Below are positions 36,031-45,785 of a stretch of 48,123 bases of DNA, piece after piece. The stretch is from Eubacteriales bacterium (GTDB taxonomy: Bacteria > Bacillota > Clostridia > Oscillospirales > UMGS1783): the NCBI GenBank assembly GCA_045599805.1, contig JAZRWQ010000133.1, positions 1 through 48,123 of the forward strand, written 5' to 3'. The notes under the pieces were generated by a model. That model was not told where the DNA came from, searched no databases, and saw only the letters and a program-made list of their open reading frames with translations. How positions within the stretch are numbered: position 1 is the stretch's first letter; each line of letters starts with the position of its first letter. The translations under genes were made by a program, and so were the position numbers.

Positions 36031-37280
36031 AGTTTTTCCTCGGAAAGAAGAGAATAGTTCAAAGTATATTTCATTGAAGATGCGATTGCCGCAATCTCGT
36101 TTACGGAGCATCCGTTTATTTCGCGCTTCATTTTTTCTATATCAAATTCGCTGTTTTGTATAAGACGGTTAAGCGCGAAATCTTCTATACTTAGTGAACT
36201 GTCATAAATGGTGTTTAATGCGTTGATATAATATCGTTTGGCGGTATCAAAATCGTTTTCGGGGAACTTACCGCCTGCAACAACGGAAAGCTGATTTAAT
36301 ATTTCATCCTCGGCAATTTTAATTTTTTCGGGTAATACGCCGGAGTAAATTACCATTATATTTTTCAGCTTTTCAATCATTGCGGAACAGTAGTAGCAAA
36401 GCGACATTTTTTCACGTACATTCATAAAAAGCATGCTGTTCGGGCTTGCCGCAAACAGTATTAAAAAGAGAGTTAGCTTTACGGTGCTTATGCCTTTTGC
36501 ATCATAAACAAATCCCATGGAAAGCTTTGCCTGTTCAACCTTTTCATATTCTTTAACGGTACGAAATTCGCTGTCGGATATCGCGGAGATCGTGGAAAGC
36601 TTATATGGCTTGCGGTTATCAAACAGACCGAAAAACTCTTTTTCAGGTGAAAAGTTTTTGAAATCACCTATTGCAAATATTTCCATAACGGCTTTATTCA
36701 AAAGAGTCTTATAAAAATCATAGAGTTCGCTTGCGGATATTTTATCAAGCTCATCTACTGAGCCGTATTCAAAAACAGAATATGGCTGGTTATCTGTCAG
36801 CAGCTCTGCACAACGCTTTACTGCGTAGGATGTTTTGTTGTTTTTGCGAGAGTTTATGATATCTTTTAAATTCTGTTTTTCTATTTCGACATACTCTTCA
36901 CAGAAAATGCCGTTTAAAAGATACGGATTCCATATCATATCTTTAATCAGCGAAAATGCTTCTTCATTCATATTGCTGTCGCCGGGAATATAAATCGGAT
37001 TTACATAATCAATGTAAAATGAAAGTACCTGTAAATCGCCTTTTTTCCGAATCGCCGTGTCAAGCTGTGCACCGTACAGTTCCTCTGATTTTTTTGCAAG
37101 AGCTTTAATTGACGGATATTTCCCGGAGCCGTGCTTTAAAACGAATACCAAAAGAGATGCAAGAGATGCGCTGTGCTTTTCAAGCGGAAGAAGCATATCT
37201 ATGCAAAGAAAATTAGTTTTGAATTTTTTTATATCGATTAAATTTATATTGCAGCCGTTGGCAAGTGATTTTCTTTCCAT
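36027..37280 (-). CDS. M16-family peptidase-like protein lacking HxxEH (YmfF-like non-catalytic partner)
   Basis: Insulinase-like length and layout, but no HxxEH motif. I chose the ATG at 37280 (GGAGGTG SD). The longer ORF upstream has no SD and runs through the promoter. Confidence 0.8.
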   Translation of the reverse strand: MERKSLANGCNINLIDIKKFKTNFLCIDMLLPLEKHSASLASLLVFVLKHGSGKYPSIKALAKKSEELYGAQLDTAIRKKGDLQVLSFYIDYVNPIYIPGDSNMNEEAFSLIKDMIWNPYLLNGIFCEEYVEIEKQNLKDIINSRKNNKTSYAVKRCAELLTDNQPYSVFEYGSVDELDKISASELYDFYKTLLNKAVMEIFAIGDFKNFSPEKEFFGLFDNRKPYKLSTISAISDSEFRTVKEYEKVEQAKLSMGFVYDAKGISTVKLTLFLILFAASPNSMLFMNVREKMSLCYYCSAMIEKLKNIMVIYSGVLPEKIKIAEDEILNQLSVVAGGKFPENDFDTAKRYYINALNTIYDSSLSIEDFALNRLIQNSEFDIEKMKREINGCSVNEIAAIASSMKYTLNYSLLSEEKL

Positions 37281-37305
37281 TTTGCACCTCCGTACACTCC
37301 GTATT

Positions 37306-37334
37306 ATTTTACTGCATTTTTGCAAAAAAGTCAA
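37306..37334 (-). promoter_or_regulatory. Sigma-A-type promoter for the M16-M16-lgt-folD operon
   Basis: Minus strand reads TTGACT (37334-37329), 17-nt spacer, TAAAAT (37311-37306). It lies immediately after the stop of the giant gene. Confidence 0.5.
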
Positions 37335-37335
37335 T

Positions 37336-40300
37336 TTAAAATAGAACTGTAATTTCATGCAAAGCGTTGTCTGATTTGATATACGGAATTTCGGTGTCAT
37401 TTTCAATCATCACGTATTTCCCCTCTCTCTTGGCTTTAACTTTTAAGTTTGTGCCGTTAATATTTAATTTGAAATTTATTCCATCCATGCTTGACGGGAG
37501 ATTTGGGTGTATCGTTATATTTCCGTCAATGATTTTTACACCGAGCATTTCTTCGATAACCGTTCTGTAATACCAGCCGGCCGATCCCGTATACCAGCTC
37601 CAGCCTCCCCTGCCTACAAATCCCGGGGATGTGTATATATCTCCGGAAAGGACATACGGTTCATTTTTATATGTTTCCATATCGTCCCTCATGTTGGGAT
37701 TAAGAAGGCATAACATTTCAAATCCTTTATCGGGATCATTGCATTTGAAAAGAGCATACGCGTAAAATGCCGCGGCATGGGTGTACTGTCCGCCGTTTTC
37801 TCTTACTCCGCCTACATAATTTTTGATATATCCCGGATCCTGATTGCCGTTCCTAAAGGGGATATCGAATAGTTTTATTATTCTGTTTTTCCTGTCAACT
37901 AATAATTTATCAACGCTTTCAAGTGCTTTTTTGCATCTGTATTTATCAAAACATCCGGCAAGAGAGGCAAAAATCTGCGGCATTATATCAATTTTACATT
38001 CATCATTATGATGCGAACCTAAAAATGTCCCGTTATCATAGTAGCCTCTAAGATAATATTTGCCGTCCCAACCGTTATTTTCTACTGCATCAATAAGCAT
38101 TTCACGATTATCGTGAAGCATCTTTAATGCAGTGGTATCGCTCATCTGTTTCAAAATGAATTCGAATTCATTGCTTACGTAACAGTAGAACATCGAAAGC
38201 CATATGCTTTCCCCTTTCCCATTCGCGCCGACATTGGAAAAACCGTCATTCCAGTCACCCGTTCCCATTAGCATCAGTCCGTGTGCTCCTATGCGGAATG
38301 AGCGCTTAAATGCCTTTATACAATGATCATATATGCTTTCGGATATATCCGACTTAATTGCGTCTATATATTTGTCACGCTCATTTTCAGACAATTCTTC
38401 TGCTTTCAAATATGAAATATCGGCACTTAAGAAATGAAAATCACCGGTTTTTTTAACATATTCCGAAACGGCAAGCGGAAGCCAAAGCATGTCATCGCTG
38501 CATTTTGTTTTAACACCTTTATGAGATGATATATCGGAAGTTATTTCATGCCACCAGTGCATAACGTCGCCGGATTCAAACTGGTGCGCACACGCTTTAA
38601 TTATCTGATTTTTCAGATAATTAATGTCAACCGAAGAAATACAAATTGCGTCTTGAAGCTGATCTCTGAATCCGAAAGCGCCTGATACCTGATAAAAGGC
38701 GGCGCGGGCGTTTAGGCGTGAATCACGGATTTGTTTATATAAAAAGGTATTGAAAAAATCATCGAATGACTTTTCTTTTGTAAATATTCGGCAGGGAGTG
38801 AAGTATTTGCACGGAATGAGTGTTGTTTTTTTCGCTGTCTTGGCTGATTCAAAATCTTTTTCACAGCCTAATATAAACTGAATCCTTGTGTTACCCTGTT
38901 TTAAATTTTCAGATATCTCAATTCTGCCGTTATTTTCACAAATATTTGACTCGCTGTTCCCCTTAAGATATGCGCAGGCATTTGGATATGACATGTCACA
39001 CGGATTGGAAAAATACATTATCGCATCATTTTTTATATACTGAATATGCGATAGGCTGTCGTTCATATTTTCGGTAAGCAACGGATCTATTGAGTATATG
39101 ATTTTTGCGTCAGATGAACTGTCTGTTAAAATATCTATTATTTTTGCGTTTATATTTTGCGCAGCATATACTTTCACCTTTATTGATATACCGTTTATAT
39201 TTGCAGAATACTCTGCGCTGTTTTCCGTGTAGTTTACATTTGATTCGCGTATTATATCATAATACTTTCCGCATGTTTTCAAATACAGCATCTCACATCT
39301 GTTGTCGCTTGCGGGATCATTGCTCCAACGCGTAATTTTATACAGTCCGGAATTGAACGCATAGGTAAATCCGAGAGATTTTTGTGAGAGTACAGTTCCG
39401 AAAGTGCCGTTGGTCAGTATATTGCAATAGGGTGCTTTATCCGCATCCTTCCCTACATAATAACCTTGAGGCGTAAAATGACTTGGAGTTTCGGATTTAT
39501 TCAAATGAGAAATCTTTTTGGCATGCATTACCGCATGATTTTCGTCTTTTCCGTTAAAAAGAACTGCCTCGGCGATAATTTCAAGAAAATCACAGGCGTT
39601 TCTATCTTTCGGTGAAACGATAAATATCCCGTTATTCATATAGTCATTTAGTCCGTATTCGGCCAGGGCGATGTTTAATGAATTTGAAAACGGCTTATCA
39701 TAATCGGAATCATCGGCAATAAATACAATATCTATTTGCAGACCTGCAAAAATATAATAGGAGTACATTTCCATATACGGCGAAATATCTATTGTTCCGT
39801 TGCAATGAATCAAAAGGATACTTCTGTCACCTGATATTCCGTAATTCCAAAGTATTTTTCTGTTTTTATCCGTAAATGCATCGCAATGCTTCGGATTTGT
39901 ATTGTAAAAAAGCTTCGGCAATAAATTCCGAGCTATTTCATTATCATGGGATCCGGCATATTTCTGATGAGAATTACGGGATAATTTATATTCCAATTCT
40001 GCCTTGTTATAATCATAGCCTGCCGCAAGTATGAATTTAATTTCTTTCTTTGCGTTTCTGTTGATTTTTACGGTTGTTTTTTGACAAAAGACCGGATTGA
40101 TACATGCTTCATTTACGCCGTTGAATGAAAACTGTGACGTTTTTGTATCGGTAATAATATTGCCGTACGGAAGCAATCTGTCTTTAACCGTTTCGTATTC
40201 GCTTTTGCAGTCTACAAAACCGCAGCAAATACTAACGCTGTTTATTTCGTCACGCTTTCTGAATAAAACAGCGCTTTCTGTATCGGATTTTTTTGCTTCA

Positions 40301-43300
40301 ATCATAAGCGAGTTGTATGCAGGATGTCGTGATTCGGCGTTGTTTAAAGACAATACCGGTTCTAAATAAACATAAAGCTCTATCGTTGCAGAAGTTTTCG
40401 ATGAATTTTTAATAGTGATCTTCCGTATTTCCGAACAATAATCGTTTGATACCGCTGCAATGGTTTCTATTTCAAAATCATCATGAGTGAGGCGGTATAC
40501 TATTCTGTCATTTTTTATAGATACGGATAAATTATTTTCCACAGAGAAATTAAGAGGTATTGTTTTATCTTTTATTTTTGCAAGCAAAAAAATCCCGCAC
40601 GGGAAATCTTCCGTATTTTTTCGGTATTTAGTCAGTGAAAAATTGCAGAAAGTTGAAAATCCAATACCGTTATCCAATGTTAACATTGTATATTTCCCGT
40701 TTGTATATACCATCCCTTTGGGAGATGCCGCATTCGGATTATAGAATATATCGGCAGATTTTTGTTTAGGCATATTAAATGATAATGTTTTGTGACCTGT
40801 TACAGCATAGGGTTTTATCTGTTCGTCAAGCAGATATTTATATGCGTTTACAGAGGGAATCGTTTCAAACGATTTCCTGTTTATATCGTCTGCAAGCACA
40901 TTTGCGAGCATAGTAAAACTCATGCCGATATGATGCGCCATGTAACACTTCATCGGCTTTGAATTCGATTTATAATCTATCGCTTCATAAAAGCCGTATT
41001 TCCCTACCATATTTTCCTTTTCCAATAGTGAAAGATTATTGAGTGCATCGTTATATGATGTGTCCATCATTAAAAAAGTTGAATACGGAGACACGGTAAA
41101 ATCCTTGTTCAATTTAGTTCTTAAGCCTACCGCCTGAACGCCCATAGCTTTATACTTATAGGCAAAATCCTTGGAAAATGAATAGTAGCAGCTTTCGGAT
41201 ATACCAAACGGTTTATCACCGCATCTGTCTTTTTGTGCAAAAACAGCGAAATATAACGCCTCATTAAGCATACTGCCTTTAGCGGTTTTCAGAAAAATTT
41301 CCGGCATAAAAAATTCGAATACTGTCCCGCTCCATGAGCTTAGACCGTACCGATGCTTATTTTTTACAGTAATTCGGGCCATAGCCTGCCATGCGTCAAA
41401 CGGCACTATGTCTTCGGATATAAGCCAGAAAACAGAAAGACGTGATTCGCTTGCGAGGATATCATAAAAATTCTTGCTGAGTTTTCCGTCGGTTACGTTA
41501 AATCCTATATGAAAAAGCATTTTTGTTTTATTGAATAAGAATGAAAAATCGGCAAGTCTTGCAGCATTTTGAAGTCTTACTTTTAGTGATTTATCATCAA
41601 TTATTTCAGATGCGGTTAAAAGACAGACGGAAAAATTTCCGCTGTCTACGAAAGATATATAATCGGGGTTTAAAGGTTTTTTGTTTTTTATATCATACCA
41701 GTTGAATAAATGTCCGTGATACTTTGGTAAAGACTCAACGGTATTGAGTATATTGGTTATGGCTTTTACTGCGTCTTGTTTTGTGCACATGCCTAAAACA
41801 TAAGCATCTGCGGCGGCAAGTACCGAAAAGCCGATATTAGTCGGAGATGTTCTCAACGCAGCACCGATAGGAGGATCTTCCTGCACATTATCCGGTATCA
41901 GCCAATTATATTCATCGGTAAGATTATCATTATAATACTCCCACATATCATTAGCGTATGAATAAAGCCGTTTTATATCGCCGTTTGTCATTGTTCTGCT
42001 GCGGGTATACCCACGCTTTGATATATCTTCTAAAATGACCGGAGCCATAATCCATACAACACATATGATGGCAGGAAGAATATACAGATAATTATTGTAA
42101 AATATGCCGCAGTAGAGTAAAACGAAAAAGAATATAAATGATACGATCTCGGGCAATATATATTCTTTAATATTTGATGCCGCGCCGGATGAGTCGGAGG
42201 ATGTTGTCCATTGGAGCAGATTTCTTTTCGATACATACTGCCTGAAAAGCGCACGGCATACAGCATCAAGATTATTTATTGCCGTATATGGCACCTCAAT
42301 TAAATGAAGCAGTACGTTATATATTTTTAATTTTAAAGGTGCATATACTCCCGAGCAGAATTTTACCGATGTAATGGAATTGATTCCTGTTATGATTCTG
42401 CTGTATAATTCGGTTCTGAGCGGAAAATCTATGCGCATTATCATTACAAGCAGTAAAACAGCAAGTAGTGACGGAGACACGAAAGCCGATAAAATCAAAG
42501 CAAATATATATACTGAGCCGCTTAATGATTCGGATAGATTATCGAGCAAAATATATTTATCAAATGCGGATAGTTTATCTGAAAACAATAGTAAGGTTGA
42601 TTGCCAATCACCTCTCACCCATCTGTGAGCTCTTTTTTTATATGCCGAAAAAGACATTGGCTCTTCTTCGTAAAAAACGATATCGGATGCAATGCCTGTG
42701 TTTAAAACGGCGCCTTCTATAAAGTCATGACTTAAGATGCGCTCATGCGGAAGATCTAATGCTTTATTCAGATATGATTCTATATTTATAATTCCTTTGC
42801 CGGCGAAAATTCCATGTCCCGTCAGCTCATTTGCAAGATTTGAAATAGGACGTGAATAGCCGTCAATTCCATGATACTCGGAGATTATCTCATTATATAG
42901 TGTGGATTTTGACTTGTCTGTAATATTTGACAGACGCGGAGCGATGATTCCGTATGATTTATTTGCAGGATGAGTGATAACCGATAAAAGCTGAGATACT
43001 GAATTTATGCTTATTTCCGTGTCGAAGTCAATAATAGATGCGTAGCGGCATTTTTTCAAATCATCAGTACAGCCGAAGGATTTATAAAATACGTTTTCTC
43101 CGGAAGATATATACCGAAATATATCGGTTATGGCGCCCCGTTTGCGTTCCCTGCCGATATATTTCTTTTGCGTATCGGAAAAAGAGCGATATCTTACAAA
43201 ACCGAAGAATATATTGCCGTATTTGATATTGAGTTTATTTATTGTATTGCATACGTCTTGAGATAGTTTTTCGTCTTTTTCCGCAGATCTGTTGGCATTT

Positions 43301-44352
43301 TCATTGTAATCGCAGAGCACCCCAAAAAAAATCTTACCGGATCTGTTTCTCAAATATGCCTTTTCAAGCTTTTTATATATGTCTGAATGAGTGTTCTCTT
43401 TAAGCAAAACGGGTATTATAAGGCATACCGGAATATTCTGTGCATATTCCGATTTATAGCGAGGCATATAATTAGGTTTAATTAACCTTAAAAATATCGC
43501 ATTCAACGCTTCTTTTGCGAAATAATACATCGGCAGAAGAAGAATAACTGGAAAAATGTTTTTTAAAATGAAGCAAAAAGAAATCACCGGTAAAACCGTA
43601 AGAAGATACAGTAAAATAAAATATACACTGCAGCGTATATCATATTTGGCTTTGCGGTTAAGTTTACTTGTTATTGTTTCAAATAACTTTTTTTCGTTTT
43701 TATACAATAATTCTATGTCAACCGATTTGTCTTTGGCTTCCCTTTCAAGCATGATCCTGTATTGCAAACGGGTTGATCTGTCCGAGTTAATGTATGTTTT
43801 TTTATTTTTTAAGAATCTATGCGCATATGATAATGATTCGGAAATATATTCGCTGCGCAAATCTGTTATTCGACGTAGCATTTCAAACCATTCGATTGAA
43901 GATTTACCGACGGATACGTTTTCACAAATGTGTATTATGGCGGCACATTTCAGAAAATCTGTAAACCTTTCGCTTTCCATCGATGTGTATTTTCTTTTAT
44001 CGGCTAATGTTCTGAAATCATTTCCGGAAATATTCTTACTGCTTACTGAGCAGTATGCGTCTATAAATGATACAGGTATTTGATAATGTCCTCTTTTGAT
44101 GCAGGGCATATAAATTTGTTTATCAAACCCCGTAAATATTTCGCCGAATATTTTTTTAATATAATAAAAATTATCGTAAAAATATGCTTCATCGGATGTC
44201 GGTACATAGCTGTTTATTTCGGATTTTTCAATTCTGTCGAATTCGTTATTTAATTCGTTGTATATTTTATACATGAAAGAACGAACGCCGTTCAGACGTT
44301 TTTCTTTAATCGTTTCGTCCGGGGATATTTCATTTAATATCTTTATTGCCAT
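37336..44352 (-). CDS. Giant multidomain glucan synthase/phosphorylase, cyclic beta-1,2-glucan synthase (Cgs/NdvB)-like
   Basis: About 2338 aa from the ATG at 44352 (AAAGGTGA SD; the ORF is open to a GTG at 44385). The order is: N-terminal cytoplasmic region, TM segments, GT-A-like domain (RERKRGAITD, RAHRWVRGDWQ), TM cluster, glucoamylase-like alpha/alpha domain (LRTSPTNIGF), then a GH94-like C-terminal half (GFRDQLQD, GTGDWNDG). Confidence 0.85.
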   Translation of the reverse strand: MAIKILNEISPDETIKEKRLNGVRSFMYKIYNELNNEFDRIEKSEINSYVPTSDEAYFYDNFYYIKKIFGEIFTGFDKQIYMPCIKRGHYQIPVSFIDAYCSVSSKNISGNDFRTLADKRKYTSMESERFTDFLKCAAIIHICENVSVGKSSIEWFEMLRRITDLRSEYISESLSYAHRFLKNKKTYINSDRSTRLQYRIMLEREAKDKSVDIELLYKNEKKLFETITSKLNRKAKYDIRCSVYFILLYLLTVLPVISFCFILKNIFPVILLLPMYYFAKEALNAIFLRLIKPNYMPRYKSEYAQNIPVCLIIPVLLKENTHSDIYKKLEKAYLRNRSGKIFFGVLCDYNENANRSAEKDEKLSQDVCNTINKLNIKYGNIFFGFVRYRSFSDTQKKYIGRERKRGAITDIFRYISSGENVFYKSFGCTDDLKKCRYASIIDFDTEISINSVSQLLSVITHPANKSYGIIAPRLSNITDKSKSTLYNEIISEYHGIDGYSRPISNLANELTGHGIFAGKGIINIESYLNKALDLPHERILSHDFIEGAVLNTGIASDIVFYEEEPMSFSAYKKRAHRWVRGDWQSTLLLFSDKLSAFDKYILLDNLSESLSGSVYIFALILSAFVSPSLLAVLLLVMIMRIDFPLRTELYSRIITGINSITSVKFCSGVYAPLKLKIYNVLLHLIEVPYTAINNLDAVCRALFRQYVSKRNLLQWTTSSDSSGAASNIKEYILPEIVSFIFFFVLLYCGIFYNNYLYILPAIICVVWIMAPVILEDISKRGYTRSRTMTNGDIKRLYSYANDMWEYYNDNLTDEYNWLIPDNVQEDPPIGAALRTSPTNIGFSVLAAADAYVLGMCTKQDAVKAITNILNTVESLPKYHGHLFNWYDIKNKKPLNPDYISFVDSGNFSVCLLTASEIIDDKSLKVRLQNAARLADFSFLFNKTKMLFHIGFNVTDGKLSKNFYDILASESRLSVFWLISEDIVPFDAWQAMARITVKNKHRYGLSSWSGTVFEFFMPEIFLKTAKGSMLNEALYFAVFAQKDRCGDKPFGISESCYYSFSKDFAYKYKAMGVQAVGLRTKLNKDFTVSPYSTFLMMDTSYNDALNNLSLLEKENMVGKYGFYEAIDYKSNSKPMKCYMAHHIGMSFTMLANVLADDINRKSFETIPSVNAYKYLLDEQIKPYAVTGHKTLSFNMPKQKSADIFYNPNAASPKGMVYTNGKYTMLTLDNGIGFSTFCNFSLTKYRKNTEDFPCGIFLLAKIKDKTIPLNFSVENNLSVSIKNDRIVYRLTHDDFEIETIAAVSNDYCSEIRKITIKNSSKTSATIELYVYLEPVLSLNNAESRHPAYNSLMIEAKKSDTESAVLFRKRDEINSVSICCGFVDCKSEYETVKDRLLPYGNIITDTKTSQFSFNGVNEACINPVFCQKTTVKINRNAKKEIKFILAAGYDYNKAELEYKLSRNSHQKYAGSHDNEIARNLLPKLFYNTNPKHCDAFTDKNRKILWNYGISGDRSILLIHCNGTIDISPYMEMYSYYIFAGLQIDIVFIADDSDYDKPFSNSLNIALAEYGLNDYMNNGIFIVSPKDRNACDFLEIIAEAVLFNGKDENHAVMHAKKISHLNKSETPSHFTPQGYYVGKDADKAPYCNILTNGTFGTVLSQKSLGFTYAFNSGLYKITRWSNDPASDNRCEMLYLKTCGKYYDIIRESNVNYTENSAEYSANINGISIKVKVYAAQNINAKIIDILTDSSSDAKIIYSIDPLLTENMNDSLSHIQYIKNDAIMYFSNPCDMSYPNACAYLKGNSESNICENNGRIEISENLKQGNTRIQFILGCEKDFESAKTAKKTTLIPCKYFTPCRIFTKEKSFDDFFNTFLYKQIRDSRLNARAAFYQVSGAFGFRDQLQDAICISSVDINYLKNQIIKACAHQFESGDVMHWWHEITSDISSHKGVKTKCSDDMLWLPLAVSEYVKKTGDFHFLSADISYLKAEELSENERDKYIDAIKSDISESIYDHCIKAFKRSFRIGAHGLMLMGTGDWNDGFSNVGANGKGESIWLSMFYCYVSNEFEFILKQMSDTTALKMLHDNREMLIDAVENNGWDGKYYLRGYYDNGTFLGSHHNDECKIDIMPQIFASLAGCFDKYRCKKALESVDKLLVDRKNRIIKLFDIPFRNGNQDPGYIKNYVGGVRENGGQYTHAAAFYAYALFKCNDPDKGFEMLCLLNPNMRDDMETYKNEPYVLSGDIYTSPGFVGRGGWSWYTGSAGWYYRTVIEEMLGVKIIDGNITIHPNLPSSMDGINFKLNINGTNLKVKAKREGKYVMIENDTEIPYIKSDNALHEITVLF

Positions 44353-44391
44353 ACATTTCACCTTTCTGTGAAATATTTTTGACACTCAGAC

Positions 44392-44424
44392 AAAAAAAAT
44401 ACATACCCCGTTCGGGATATGTAT
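44392..44424 (-). terminator. Rho-independent terminator after mrnC
   Basis: Minus strand reads ATACATATCCC-GAAC-GGGGTATGTAT followed by TTTTTTTT. Confidence 0.65.
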
Positions 44425-44429
44425 ATATA

Positions 44430-44813
44430 TTAGTTTTCTTGTAAATACTCAAAGATTATTTCGAATATTTCTTCCGATCTTTCATTCTTTTCAGTAAGAT
44501 ACAAATATCCGAAAACGGCTTCCAATGCCGTAGCCTTATGGTAATCCGATCTGCTTGAATGCTTCGGTATGTTAGCGGGAGAAGAATTTCTTGCGCGGTT
44601 GAATATATTCAGTTCGTCTTCACTTAACAGCTCTGTAAGCTTATCGCAAGCTTTGCTTTGTGCCGGAGCGGATACAAACTTCTGCGCCATTTTGTGCAAT
44701 TCCCCCGGCAGGCATCTGTGTTCGGAAACAAGACGCTGACGTACCTTTAATTCATATACGGCATCGCCCAAATACGCAAGCGAAAGAACATTGAATAAAA
44801 ATGCTTCCTGCAT
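44430..44813 (-). CDS. mrnC: Mini-ribonuclease 3
   Basis: LAYLGDAVYELKVR (RNase III signature in a protein of about 130 aa with no dsRBD). Confidence 0.85.
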   Translation of the reverse strand: MQEAFLFNVLSLAYLGDAVYELKVRQRLVSEHRCLPGELHKMAQKFVSAPAQSKACDKLTELLSEDELNIFNRARNSSPANIPKHSSRSDYHKATALEAVFGYLYLTEKNERSEEIFEIIFEYLQEN

Positions 44814-44828
44814 TTTTCACGCTACCTC

Positions 44829-45431
44829 TTAATCTATTTCTCTGCGGCCTTCAAATGCGCGCAATAATGTTATTTCATCAGCATATTTAAGCTCTCCGCC
44901 TACCGGAATACCGTATGCGATACGGGTAGTGTGAACACCGATTGCCCGCAAAAGCTTGCTGATATACATTGCCGTTGCCTCGCCCTCAATGGTGGGGTTT
45001 GTTGCAAGTATTACCTCTTTAATATCGGGAGAACCTGCCCTTGTTATAAGCTCTTTTATGCGAAGTTTGTCCGGACCTATGCCGTCCATGGGAGAAATAA
45101 CACCGTGAAGGACATGATACAGCCCTTTATAATCACGAATTTTTTCAAAAGAAACTATATCCTGTGGCTGTTCGACAACACATATTGTGCTTTTGTCGCG
45201 CTTTTCACTTGAGCAGATATCACAGATATCGCCGTCTGTAAAATTAAAGCAAACGGGACAGGTTTTTATATGCTCTTTTGCATATAGCATTGCCTGTGCA
45301 AATTGTCTTACGTCCTCTTCCGGCATGGCGATTATGTTAAAAGCCAGACGCTGGGCGGTTTTTGCACCTATTCCTTCCAGTTTTTTGAACTGATCTGTAA
45401 GATTTTGCAGGGACAAATTAACACCAGACAT
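44829..45431 (-). CDS. recR: Recombination protein RecR
   Basis: Helix-hairpin-helix N-terminus, a C4 zinc finger ([16 protein letters not shown]) and a Toprim domain (ICVVEQPQD). 200 aa. Confidence 0.95.
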   Translation of the reverse strand: MSGVNLSLQNLTDQFKKLEGIGAKTAQRLAFNIIAMPEEDVRQFAQAMLYAKEHIKTCPVCFNFTDGDICDICSSEKRDKSTICVVEQPQDIVSFEKIRDYKGLYHVLHGVISPMDGIGPDKLRIKELITRAGSPDIKEVILATNPTIEGEATAMYISKLLRAIGVHTTRIAYGIPVGGELKYADEITLLRAFEGRREID

Positions 45432-45443
45432 AAAAGTCTCCTA

Positions 45444-45782
45444 TCAGAAAAGTCCCGGTATACTTAACGGGCCTGTGATTTTAGCCATTTCTTCTTCGGT
45501 GGTTTTTTCGATATTTTCAAGTACCTCATTTACTGCGGCGCAAATCATATCCTGCAGCGTTTCCATATCGTCAACATCAACGGCATCGGGATCGATTATG
45601 ATGTTTTCAAGCTTTCTTGAACCGAGCATTTTAACGGAAACCGCACCGCCGCCTGCGCTTGCTTCAAATTCGCGCTCTGCGAGTTCTTCCTGTTTTGCGG
45701 CCATATCATCCTGCATTTTCTGAACCTGTTTTAGTGAATTAAGGTTGGGGCCTTTTGCTTCCTGTGGAATACGTACTTTCAT
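45444..45782 (-). CDS. ybaB: YbaB/EbfC family nucleoid-associated protein
   Basis: 112 aa with the QVQKMQDDM...EF..S.GGGAV.V pattern. It sits between dnaX and recR. Confidence 0.9.
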   Translation of the reverse strand: MKVRIPQEAKGPNLNSLKQVQKMQDDMAAKQEELAEREFEASAGGGAVSVKMLGSRKLENIIIDPDAVDVDDMETLQDMICAAVNEVLENIEKTTEEEMAKITGPLSIPGLF

Positions 45783-45785
45783 GGC

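Noticed and set aside
43556-44083. A 175-aa plus-strand ORF inside the giant glucan-synthase-like gene.
   Set aside because: It is antisense to a continuous 7-kb reading frame, and its sequence is low-complexity. It is a shadow ORF.
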